Shown here in pieces: positions 1 through 8,708 of a stretch of 64,000 nucleotides of DNA; the stretch's first letter is position 1, and the number at the start of each line of letters is the position of its first letter. The notes under the pieces are model-generated. The model did no database searches. It saw only the letters and a list, made by a program, of their open reading frames with translations, and was not told where the DNA came from. The stretch comes from Vicinamibacteria bacterium (GTDB lineage: Bacteria; Acidobacteriota; Vicinamibacteria; Marinacidobacterales; Marinacidobacteraceae). The stretch covers positions 224,001-288,000 of the forward strand of contig CBDATA010000001.1 in the NCBI GenBank assembly GCA_965199715.1. Reading direction: 5' to 3'. The position numbers and the translations under genes were made by a program.

Positions 1-683
1 GCGAGCCGGTTCCCGACTTCGAGGCCGCCGCCCGGTCTCCGGAACTGCCCGCCAGCGTGGCCGTGCCCGAGGACGCGAATCGCCCGGCGCTGGCCCCGGA
101 AGGCGAGGAGGCGTTCGCCCGCTGCGTGGACCGGCTCGAGGCGGCCGGGGTCCGCATCCGACCGGCGCCGCTGCCCGACTGGGACCTGGCCGTCGCCACG
201 TACTACGTCGTCGCCTGCGCCGAGGCGAGCTCCAATCTGGCGCGGTTCGACGGAGTGCGCTACGGCCCCCGCCGCGCCGGCGTGCGCGAATCCCGGTCCT
301 TCGGCTTCGGGGCCGAAGTGCGCGAGCGGCTGCTGCTCGGCGCGGCGTGCCTGTCCGCCGGCTACGAGACCGACGTGTACCGGTCGGCGGTGCGCCACCG
401 GAGCGCCTTCCGCCGCCGGATGCTCGATCTGCTGCGTGAGCACGACGCCCTCGTGCTTCCAGTGGCCGTGGCGCCGCCGCGACGCCTCGCCGACACGGAC
501 GCCGCCCGGAAGGAGTACGAGCACGACCGGTGCAACATGGTGGCCTCGCTGGCGGGGCTCCCCGCGCTCGCGGTTCCGGGCGGAAGCTGGGGCGGCCTGC
601 CCTTCGGGGTCCAGTTCGTCGGGGCGCCGTGGCGGGAGGACCGGCTGCTGAAGTTCGGCGCGGCCTTCGAAGCGCTCGCCTGA
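1..683 (+). CDS. gatA: Asp/Glu-tRNA amidotransferase subunit A, C-terminal part (5' end outside window)
   Basis: AEASSNLARFDGVRYG, GFGAEVRERLLLG and GLPFGVQFVG motifs; frame is open to the window edge. Confidence 0.9.
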   Translation, partial: EPVPDFEAAARSPELPASVAVPEDANRPALAPEGEEAFARCVDRLEAAGVRIRPAPLPDWDLAVATYYVVACAEASSNLARFDGVRYGPRRAGVRESRSFGFGAEVRERLLLGAACLSAGYETDVYRSAVRHRSAFRRRMLDLLREHDALVLPVAVAPPRRLADTDAARKEYEHDRCNMVASLAGLPALAVPGGSWGGLPFGVQFVGAPWREDRLLKFGAAFEALA

Positions 684-684
684 C

Positions 685-1602
685 TCAGCCGAGCGCGTCC
701 CAGCCGCGGGCCTCGAGCGGCTCCTCGCCGTCGGCCGTGACGAGCCGCAACCCGGGCTCCGGCGTGATCCGGCCGATGCGGGCGACGGGCTGGCCGGCGC
801 GGCGGGCGGCGGCCTCGGCCACGGCGGGGTCGGCCGACGTGAAGAGCAGCTCGTAGTCCTCGCCGCCTCCGAGCGCGGCCTCCAGGTCGCCGTCGGCCGG
901 GATCCGCGAAGCCTCGACGACCGCGCCGACGCCGCTGGCGCCGGCGAGGCGCCCCAGATCCAGCGCGAGCCCGTCGGAGAGGTCCATCGCCGCGGACGCC
1001 GCGCCCGCGAGCTCCCGGCCGAGCCGAAGGCGCGGCTCGGGGTCGAGGTGGCGCTCAACGAATCGCCCGCCGGTCGCGCCTCCCCGGAGCGCGCGCAATC
1101 CCAGCGCCGAGCCGCCGAGCGATCCGCTCACCCAGATCCCGTCGCCGGGCCGCGCCCCCGATCGGGTCAGAGGTCGGATCCCCGCCGCCATGAACCCGAG
1201 CGCCGTGACGTGCACGGCGAGCCGCGCCCCCCGGGTCAGATTGCCCCCGACCACCCGCGCTCCCAGTTCGGCGGCGCGTTCGCCGGCGGAGGCGGCGATC
1301 TCCCGCGCGTCGGCGCCGTCGCCCTCGGGGACGACCTGCGAGAGCAGGATCGCCGCGGGCGACCCGCCCATCGCCGCGACGTCGCTGACGGCCGCCGCGA
1401 CCGCCCGGCGGCCGACGCTGCGAATCGGATGCAGACCGCGCTCGAAGTGGACCCCCTCCTCGCAGGCGTCGGTCGTGAGCAGCAGCCAAGCCCCGTCCGG
1501 CGCGCGCACTCCGGCGGCGTCGTCCCCGGGACCGGGGAACCCGACGGCGCCTCCGGGAAGCCCGTCGAGGATCCGGCCGAGGAGCTCGTCCTCCCGGATC
1601 AC
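685..1602 (-). CDS. thiL: Thiamine-monophosphate kinase
   Basis: GDDAA, SDVAAMGG, DLSDGLALDL and GGEDYELLF motifs. Confidence 0.95.
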   Translation of the reverse strand: MIREDELLGRILDGLPGGAVGFPGPGDDAAGVRAPDGAWLLLTTDACEEGVHFERGLHPIRSVGRRAVAAAVSDVAAMGGSPAAILLSQVVPEGDGADAREIAASAGERAAELGARVVGGNLTRGARLAVHVTALGFMAAGIRPLTRSGARPGDGIWVSGSLGGSALGLRALRGGATGGRFVERHLDPEPRLRLGRELAGAASAAMDLSDGLALDLGRLAGASGVGAVVEASRIPADGDLEAALGGGEDYELLFTSADPAVAEAAARRAGQPVARIGRITPEPGLRLVTADGEEPLEARGWDALG

Positions 1603-1892
1603 GCCGGGGGCGCACCCTCCGAACGGGCGACCCGCTGCTCGACCTCGCGGAACCGGGCGCGCACGGCCTCGACCGCCTCAGTCACGGCCTCGCGCTCACG
1701 CAGCAGGTCGGCTCCCACGTTGAGCGCGGCGAGGATGGCGGCCCGCTCGGTGGAGATGTCGGGAACGGCGGCGCGGATCGCGTCGATGTGCTTCTCGACC
1801 AGCTCCGCCACCTCGGTCAGGTCCGGGCCGTCCTCGTCGGCGACGAGCCGGTAGGAAGCGCCGGCGACCCGAATCTCCGCCTCGCCCTTCAC
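1599..1892 (-). CDS. zapA: Cell division protein ZapA
   Basis: 97 aa; IRVAGASY N-terminus, RAAILAALNVG motif and C-terminal coiled coil. Confidence 0.85.
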   Translation of the reverse strand: MKGEAEIRVAGASYRLVADEDGPDLTEVAELVEKHIDAIRAAVPDISTERAAILAALNVGADLLREREAVTEAVEAVRARFREVEQRVARSEGAPPA

Positions 1893-2263
1893 GCTTCGCC
1901 CTCCGGCTTGCCGGCCAGCTCCTCGAGGAGCGGCCGCATCTCCCTCCGCTCCTTGCGAAAAACGTTCAGTTTCGCCTCGGCGTCCTCGCGGGCGCGGCGG
2001 AGCGCCTCGATCTCGGCCTCGGCGCCCTTCAGCTTCTCCGCAAGCGAGTCGGCCCGCTGCGCCGCGTCGTCGCGGGCGCCCTCCAGCTCCCGCGCGGCCG
2101 CCTCCTGACGCGCCTCGGCGGCGTCGGCGCGCTTTTGATGGGTCCGCGCTTCGAGCAGCGCGGCCTCGAGGTCGGCGGCCTCGGCGCCGCTGCGGGCGTC
2201 GAGGCGCGCCGCGATGCGGTCGAGATCGGCGTTGAGGCCGCGCACCAGTTCGGACGACCGCAC
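1889..2263 (-). CDS. ZapB-like coiled-coil protein
   Basis: GTG at 2263, just after the rplT stop; all-helical E/A/R-rich sequence ending ERREMRPLLEEL; immediately upstream of zapA. Confidence 0.6.
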   Translation of the reverse strand: MRSSELVRGLNADLDRIAARLDARSGAEAADLEAALLEARTHQKRADAAEARQEAAARELEGARDDAAQRADSLAEKLKGAEAEIEALRRAREDAEAKLNVFRKERREMRPLLEELAGKPEGEA

Positions 2264-2271
2264 CGGGGACC

Positions 2272-2646
2272 TCAGCTCGCTCCGGGACGGTCCTCGAGCG
2301 CCTGCTTCGACACTTCGACGAGCCGGTCGAACGCGCCCGGATCGTGCACCGCGAGTTCGGCGAGCTGCTTGCGGTTCACCGCGACGCCGGCCAGCGCGAG
2401 CCCGTGGGCGAACTGGCCGTAGGGGAGGTCGCGCTCGCGCGAGGCGGCGCTGATCCGGGTGATCCACAGGCGGCGGAAATCCCGCTTCCGGTTGCGGCGA
2501 TCCCGATAGGCGTAGGACAGGGCGCGATCCACCGCCTGCTTCGCATGGCGGTAGAGCTTGCCCCGCATCCCGCGGTAGCCGCGGGTCAGTTTCAGGACCC
2601 GGCGGCGCTTGTCGCGCCGGTGGGTTCCTCTCTTCACTCGTGACAT
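2272..2646 (-). CDS. rplT: 50S ribosomal protein L20
   Basis: MSRVKRG...YAYRDRRNRKRDFRRLWITRI. Confidence 0.98.
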   Translation of the reverse strand: MSRVKRGTHRRDKRRRVLKLTRGYRGMRGKLYRHAKQAVDRALSYAYRDRRNRKRDFRRLWITRISAASRERDLPYGQFAHGLALAGVAVNRKQLAELAVHDPGAFDRLVEVSKQALEDRPGAS

Positions 2647-2661
2647 GCCGTGGTTCTCCGG

Positions 2662-2856
2662 TCAGCGGAGGAGGCGGGCGATCCGCTTCTCGTCACCGGC
2701 GGCGACCCAGCCGGCGCTCCGCAGCTTGCGGCGGCGGCGGGGGGACTTCTTCGTGAGGATGTGGCTGCCGAAGGCGTGGTTCCGACGGATCCTGCCCCTC
2801 GCCGTCTTCCGGAAGCGCTTCGCCGCTCCCCGGTGGGTCTTCATCTTGCCGCTCAT
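2662..2856 (-). CDS. rpmI: 50S ribosomal protein L35
   Basis: [12 protein letters not shown]...HILTKK. Confidence 0.98.
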   Translation of the reverse strand: MSGKMKTHRGAAKRFRKTARGRIRRNHAFGSHILTKKSPRRRRKLRSAGWVAAGDEKRIARLLR

Positions 2857-3500
2857 GGGTTCTCCTGCGGTGCGTCGGGTTCCCCGGCCCCGGACTCCGA
2901 CGGGGAACGCGGAGGCTTGCGAACGCGCGGAGCCGGAGTCTCGGCCCGGGGGCCGCGAATACGTTCGGCCCGGCGCTCCTCGGCGAGGCGGCGGCTCGGG
3001 GAGAGCATCATGCTCATCTGGTTGCCGACGATGTTCGACCGGGACTCTACCGTAGCCATGCCCTTGAGCGCCTCCGCGACGGAGTCGAGGATCCGGTCCC
3101 CGATCTCCCGGTGGCTGCGCTCCCTTGCGCGCTTGAACCAGATCGTGGCCTTCACCTTGTGGCCCTCGCGCAGGAATCGCTGGATGTTCCGCATCTTGGT
3201 CGCCCGGTCGTGCTTGTCGATGATGATGCGGAACTTGACTTCCTTGACCTGGTTCTGTTTCTGGTGCCGACGCGCTTCCTGGGACTTCTTGCTCTGCTGG
3301 TACGTGAACTTCCCGTAGTCCATGATCTTGCAGACCGGCGGGACCTGGTTCGGGCGGATCTCCACGAGATCCCCGCCGTGATCGCGAGCGATCCTGCGGG
3401 CGTCGAGGACCGAGTACTCGCCGAGCCGCGCCCCCGCCTCGTCGATCAGGAGAACGATGGGCGCGCGAATGCGTTCGTTGATCCGAAGGGAACTATCGAT
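2853..3500 (-). CDS. infC: Translation initiation factor IF-3, non-canonical AUC start
   Basis: RINERIR and [12 protein letters not shown] motifs. The frame extends upstream of the ORF-track start to ATC at 3500, which follows a GGAGGT SD and an in-frame TGA two codons earlier. Confidence 0.93.
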   Translation of the reverse strand: MDSSLRINERIRAPIVLLIDEAGARLGEYSVLDARRIARDHGGDLVEIRPNQVPPVCKIMDYGKFTYQQSKKSQEARRHQKQNQVKEVKFRIIIDKHDRATKMRNIQRFLREGHKVKATIWFKRARERSHREIGDRILDSVAEALKGMATVESRSNIVGNQMSMMLSPSRRLAEERRAERIRGPRAETPAPRVRKPPRSPSESGAGEPDAPQENP

Positions 3501-3577
3501 GCCTCACCTCCCGGTGATGGTTGGGGCCGGCGGATTATCGCCGCTCCCGCATGGGGACGCCACTGGCCGGCGGGCGC

Positions 3578-5479
3578 CTACGGAGTCACGGAGCGGGAAC
3601 GCACGAGTTCGGAGAGCTCCTTCAGGAACTCGTCGAGCGCGACGGTCCGCTGCCCCTTCGTCCCCCGGGTGCGCAGCGAGAGGTGCCCGGTCTCCTGCTC
3701 GCGGTCGCCGATCACGACCATGAAGGGTATCCGCCGCAGTTCCGCCTGGCGGATCTTGTAGCCCACTTTTTCCCGGCGTTCGTCCAGCTCGACCCGGAAT
3801 CCGGCCTCGCGGAGCCTCCGGGCCACGCCCGCTGCGTGCTCGGCGTGGCTGTCCGAGATGGGGATGACCGACGCCTGCGTCGGAGCGATCCACACCGGGA
3901 AGGCGCCCGCGGTGTGTTCGGTGAGCAGCGCGAAGAAGCGCTCCACGGAGCCGAGGATGGCGCGGTGGATGACCACCGGGCGCATCCTCCCGCCGGAATC
4001 GTCGGCGTAGTGCAGGTCGAACCTCTCGGGCTGGGAGAAGTCCACCTGGATCGTGGCGCACTGGTGGTTGCGCCCGAGCGCGTCGCGCACGTGGAAGTCG
4101 ATCTTGGGGCCGTAGAACGCCCCGTCGCCGGCGTTGAGCGCCCAGCGGACCCCCGACTCCTCGAGCGCGCTCCGCAGCGCCTCCTCGGCGGTCTCCCAGG
4201 TCTCGTCGGTTCCGACCGACTTCTCCGGCCGAGTGGAGAGCTCCACCGACAGCTCCCCGAAGCCGAACTCGGCGTACACCTCGGCGACCAGCTCCATGAG
4301 CTGCCCGATCTCGTCCCCGAGCTGGTCGAGCGCGCAGTAGATGTGCGCGTCGTCTTGGGTGAACGCCCGCACCCGGGTCAGCCCGGAGAGGACGCCTGAC
4401 GGCTCGTGGCGGTGGCAGTGACCGAACTCGGAAAGGCGCAGCGGGAGATCGCGGAAGGACCGGATCGCCGACCGGTACACGAGCGCCGCGCCCGGGCAGT
4501 TCATCGGCTTGAGGCCGCTGCGGTTCCCCTCCGACTCGACGAAGAACATGTTCTCGCGGTAGTGGTCGAGATGCCCGCTGCGCGCCCAGACCTGCTCGTC
4601 GAGGATCAACGGCGTGCGGATCTCCTCGTAGCCGCGGCGGTCCAGCTTCTCCCGCATCGAGTCCAGCAGGATGTTCACGATGCGCATCCCGGCGGGGAGC
4701 CAGAAGACCTGGCCGGGAGCCTCGCCGAGGATCAGGAACAGGCGCTGATCGCGCCCGATCCGGCGGTGGTCGCGCCGCTTGGCCTCCTCGATGCGGGCGA
4801 GATGTCCGGCCAGCTCCTTGCGGTCGGTGAAGCTCGTCGCGTAGATCCGCTGCATCGGAACCCCGGCGCTGTCGCCCTTCCAGTAGGCGTTCGAGCTGGA
4901 CATCACCTTCAGCGCTCGGATGACCCCGGTGTGGGGGACGTGCGGTCCCTCGCAGAAGTCGAAGAAGTCGCCGACCCGGTAGCAGGAGACGGCGTCGCCG
5001 CCCTTCTCCCGGATCAACTCCACCTTGAAGGGCTCGTTCTGCGCCTCGAAGATGCGGATGGCCTCGTCCTTGTCGAGGATCTCGCGCTCGAACGGCTGGC
5101 GCTTCTTCACCAGCTCGCGCATGCGCTTCTCGATCTTCTGGAGGTCCTCCGGCGAGAATGGCTCGTCCACCCGGAAGTCGTAGTAGAAGCCGCCGTCGAT
5201 CGGGGGGCCGATCCCGTACTGCGCGTCCGGGAACAGCTCCTTGACCGCCGCCGCCAGCAGGTGCGCCGAGCTGTGCCGGAAGACGTGGAGCCCGTCCTCG
5301 TCGCCCGGCGTCAGGAACCGCACCTCGCCGTCGGCCTCGGGACGAGCGGCGAGATCCACTGCGCGCCCGTCGAGGATGGCCGCGACCGCGCCGCGCGGCG
5401 CCACCGACGAGAGCGGCGCCCCCGGTTCCAGGTCGATCGCGCGGCCGCCTTCGGAAACGAGGCGAATGGGAGCGTGCAT
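3578..5479 (-). CDS. thrS: Threonine--tRNA ligase
   Basis: HSSAHLLA, RDHRRIG, KPMNCP, RVRAFTQDDAH and GAFYGPKID motifs. Confidence 0.98.
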   Translation of the reverse strand: MHAPIRLVSEGGRAIDLEPGAPLSSVAPRGAVAAILDGRAVDLAARPEADGEVRFLTPGDEDGLHVFRHSSAHLLAAAVKELFPDAQYGIGPPIDGGFYYDFRVDEPFSPEDLQKIEKRMRELVKKRQPFEREILDKDEAIRIFEAQNEPFKVELIREKGGDAVSCYRVGDFFDFCEGPHVPHTGVIRALKVMSSSNAYWKGDSAGVPMQRIYATSFTDRKELAGHLARIEEAKRRDHRRIGRDQRLFLILGEAPGQVFWLPAGMRIVNILLDSMREKLDRRGYEEIRTPLILDEQVWARSGHLDHYRENMFFVESEGNRSGLKPMNCPGAALVYRSAIRSFRDLPLRLSEFGHCHRHEPSGVLSGLTRVRAFTQDDAHIYCALDQLGDEIGQLMELVAEVYAEFGFGELSVELSTRPEKSVGTDETWETAEEALRSALEESGVRWALNAGDGAFYGPKIDFHVRDALGRNHQCATIQVDFSQPERFDLHYADDSGGRMRPVVIHRAILGSVERFFALLTEHTAGAFPVWIAPTQASVIPISDSHAEHAAGVARRLREAGFRVELDERREKVGYKIRQAELRRIPFMVVIGDREQETGHLSLRTRGTKGQRTVALDEFLKELSELVRSRSVTP

Positions 5480-5511
5480 CGAATCCTCGCGGGGTCTTCG
5501 GGGAGCGCCGG

Positions 5512-5586
5512 TGGTAGGCGCGGGCGGATTTGAACCGCCGACTTCTACCGCGTCAAGGTAGCGCTCTCCCCCTGAGCTACGCGCCT
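5512..5586 (-). tRNA. tRNA-Val (GAC), CCA encoded
   Basis: Reverse complement AGGCGCG-TA-GCTC..GAGC-G-CTACC TTGACGC GGTAG-AAGTC-GGCGG TTCAAAT CCGCC-CGCGCCT-ACCA folds as a cloverleaf. Confidence 0.96.
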
Positions 5587-5605
5587 TCCGGATCGGGAAG
5601 CCGGC

Positions 5606-5611
5606 AGTCTA
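5606..5611 (-). promoter_or_regulatory. Putative -10 box (TAGACT) for tRNA-Val/thrS
   Basis: TAnnnT hexamer about 20 nt upstream of the tRNA 5' end. Confidence 0.45.
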
Positions 5612-5701
5612 GCAGTCGCCCGAGACGGCCCGATTCGACTTCTTTTCCACAATTCGACGATTTCGTGCACGGAATTCGGCTGGCGTACGTGTTGACTATG
5701 C

Positions 5702-7450
5702 ATGACTCACGAAGCCGAAACCCACGCCCACCCGATTCGCGACGTGCTCGCGGTCCTCCGCCGCCACGGCCGGCTCCCCGACGGCCCGTCCGAGACGCTC
5801 CGTCGGATCGAGTCGCTTCCGGCTTCGGAACACGAGGCGGCGCTCGTCCGGGAAGGATTCGTCTCCGAGGAGGACGTCGCCCAGACGGTCGCCCTCGACG
5901 CCGGCCTGCCCTGCCCGACGATCCACGCGGCGGATCTCAGCCCCGAGGTCGTCACCGGAATCCTGCCGGCGCCCTACGCCCGCAAGAACGCGATCTGCGC
6001 CCTCTCCCGCGACGGGGATCAGGTCACCGTGGCGGTCGCGAACCCCTACCGCCGGGACGCGATCAAGGAGCTCGAGCGCACGCTCGGGATCGAGGTGCGG
6101 GTCGTCGTGGCGACGAGGTCCGAGATCAGCGGGGTCAACGGAAGCCTCTACAACCTGAAGACCTCGCTCGTGGCCGCGGCCACCGAGCTCGAGGACGAGA
6201 GCGCCGGAATCCCCGACGCGCCCGCCGGCTCGTGGGAGCTGGTCTCGGCGGCCGACGACGAATCCGACCTGACGCCCACGACCCGGCCGGTGGTGTCGGC
6301 GCTCGACAGCATCCTGCGCCAGGCGCTGGAGCACCGCGCTTCGGACATCCACATGGAGCCGAAGCGCGACCACGCCGCGGTCCGCTTCCGGGTGGACGGC
6401 GTGCTGCACGACATGCACCGCTTCCCCCGCATCGTCTATCTGGCCGTGGTGAGCCGACTCAAGATGCTGAGCGGGCTCGACATCGCCGAGAAGCGCCGGC
6501 CCCAGGACGGCCGCTTCAAGCGGGTCGAGCCGGACAAGGAGATCGAGTTCCGGGTCTCGACGATGCCGACCGTGTTCGGCGAGAAGGCCGTGCTGCGGAT
6601 CTTCGATCCCGAGGCGGCGGTTGCGACGCTCGACCAGATGCGGCTGCTGCCCGACGAACGGGATCGGCTCGAGACGATTCTCGGGAGGCGCGAGGGCCTC
6701 GCGCTCGTGACCGGACCCACCGGCAGCGGCAAGACGACCACGCTGTACTCGGTCCTGCGGCGGCTCGCCACGCCCGAGGTGAACGTGATCAGCATCGAGG
6801 ACCCAGTGGAGATGGTCCATCCCCAATTGAGCCAGGTGCAGGTCAACCCGAAGATCCGGCTCTCGTTCGCCGCCGCGATCCGCAGCGTCCTCCGGCAGGA
6901 TCCGGACATCGTCATGGTCGGCGAGATCCGCGACGGCGAGACCGCGGAAATGGCGGTCCAGGCGGCCCTGACCGGCCACCTCGTCCTCTCCACCCTGCAT
7001 ACGAACGACGCCGCCTCGACGGCGACGCGCCTCGCCGATTTCGGCGTGCCGCCGTTCCTGATCGCCTCGACGCTGATCGGGGTCGTGGCGCAGCGGCTCG
7101 TCCGCGTCGTCTGCGACCGGTGCGCCGCGCCCGCGGTCGTCGCCCCCGCCGAGGCGCGCCGGCTCGGCGATCCCTCGCTCGCGGGCCGCCGGACGCGCCG
7201 CGGCGCCGGTTGCGCCCGCTGCCGTCAGAGCGGCTACCGGGGCCGGCGCGGGGTCTTCGAGATCCTGCCCATCGACGCGGAGGCGGCGGGCGCCATCGCC
7301 CGCGGCGCGACCGCGGGGGAGATCGCGCGGGGCGCCCGGCGGCGCGGCCTTCCCGGTCTCCGCGAGACCGCGATCCGGCACCTGCTCGCCGGCGAGACCA
7401 CCGCCCTCGAAGTGCTGCGGGTCACCGGCGAAGCCGTCCCGCCCGGATCA
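5702..7450 (+). CDS. GspE/PulE/PilB-family secretion ATPase. Homology ends near 7430 but the frame stays open to 8668
   Basis: ASDIHMEP, LDIAEKRRPQDG, Walker A GPTGSGKTTT, IEDPVE, LRQDPDIVMVGEIRD, TGHLVLSTLHTN, CxxC..CxxC and the terminal EVLRVT. Confidence 0.92.
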
Positions 7451-8602
7451 GGCGCCGGCGGCCCGGGAGAGAACGAGGATCACGCCCGGGACGACGTAGA
7501 ACACGCCCACCACGTACGCGATGGCGAGCAGGCGGCTACGGACCGCGAGACGGGCGAGCCAGCGGGCGCCGGCGAGCGGAATCCGGCGGACCGCCGGGAT
7601 CGGATACACGATCAGGATGCCGATGAGGTTGAAGAGCAGGTGGACGACCGCGATCTGGAATCCCCAGTGGGCGTTCGGGCCGGAGACCGCGAGCGACGCG
7701 AGGAACGCGGTCAGGGTCGTGCCCACGTTCGCGCCGAGGGTCACCGGGAAGGCGTCCTCCAGCAGCAGCAGCCCGGCGCCGGCGAGGGGCACGAGGGTCG
7801 AGGTCGTGACCGAGCTGGACTGGACCACCATGGTGGCGAGCGCCCCGATGCCCATGGCGACGATCGCGCTCTTGCCGAGGACGCGGTGGACGGACTCGCT
7901 GGCGCCGGAGCCGGTGAGGCCCTTCAGCGTGCGCACGAGGAGCATCAGGCTGACCACGAGGAGCGCCGCGGAGAGCAGCGCGAGCACGCCCCCCGCGGCG
8001 GGACCGGAGCCCGCGACCTGGCGCGCGAACCAGGCGAGCGGCGCGGGGACGAGGGCGATCACGTCCCCGAGCGGATTCGCGAAGGAAGTCCCCGCGCCCA
8101 CGAGTCCGCCGAGGCCGCCCGCGATCGAGCTGGAGAGCCGCGCGAGGAACCCGGTGAAGACCTCCAGCGGAAGCAGGATCAGCACGGCGAGCAGGTTGAA
8201 GACGTCGTGGCAAGTGGCCACCTCGAAGGCCCGGCGGACCGAGTCGGAGTCGTCCACGTCGGCGAGGGCGACGAGCGTGTTCGTGACGGTCGTGCCGACG
8301 TTGGCCCCCATGACCATCGGGATCGCGCTCTCGAACGGGAGCGGGGACGCGGGCGCGGCGACGAGCGCCACGATGAGGGAGCTCGTGACCGAGGAGCTTT
8401 GGACCAGCGTCGTGGCGAGGACTCCGGCGAGGAATCCCGCGACCGGGTTCTCGAAGGCGATGAAGAAAGCGTCGAGAAGGCCGCTGCCGAGTCCCTTGAA
8501 GCCTTCCCCGAGCCCGTCGATCCCCCCGAGAAAGAGGAGGAAGAGGCCCGCTACGGCGAGCGCCCGCAAGCCCTGGCGGCCGGGGAGAGCGGACGGGGAC
8601 AA
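7448..8602 (-). CDS. Na+/phosphate symporter (NptA/SLC34-like)
   Basis: Two VQSSSVT and two GANVGTT repeats; hydrophobic. Confidence 0.92.
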   Translation of the reverse strand: MSPSALPGRQGLRALAVAGLFLLFLGGIDGLGEGFKGLGSGLLDAFFIAFENPVAGFLAGVLATTLVQSSSVTSSLIVALVAAPASPLPFESAIPMVMGANVGTTVTNTLVALADVDDSDSVRRAFEVATCHDVFNLLAVLILLPLEVFTGFLARLSSSIAGGLGGLVGAGTSFANPLGDVIALVPAPLAWFARQVAGSGPAAGGVLALLSAALLVVSLMLLVRTLKGLTGSGASESVHRVLGKSAIVAMGIGALATMVVQSSSVTTSTLVPLAGAGLLLLEDAFPVTLGANVGTTLTAFLASLAVSGPNAHWGFQIAVVHLLFNLIGILIVYPIPAVRRIPLAGARWLARLAVRSRLLAIAYVVGVFYVVPGVILVLSRAAGA

Positions 8603-8708
8603 CGCCGGGGGGAGTCGGGTGAGGGGGAACGGCCTCCCGGACCGACGGTCTTCGAGTTCGAGGACTGACTGCCTGCGGGGGGCGGGATGCTAGCAGTCCC
8701 CCGCGCCC

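Noticed and set aside
5512-5700. tRNA-Val as a possible integration site for an island
   Set aside because: No integrase, no duplicated tRNA 3' end seen, and thrS follows 32 bp downstream
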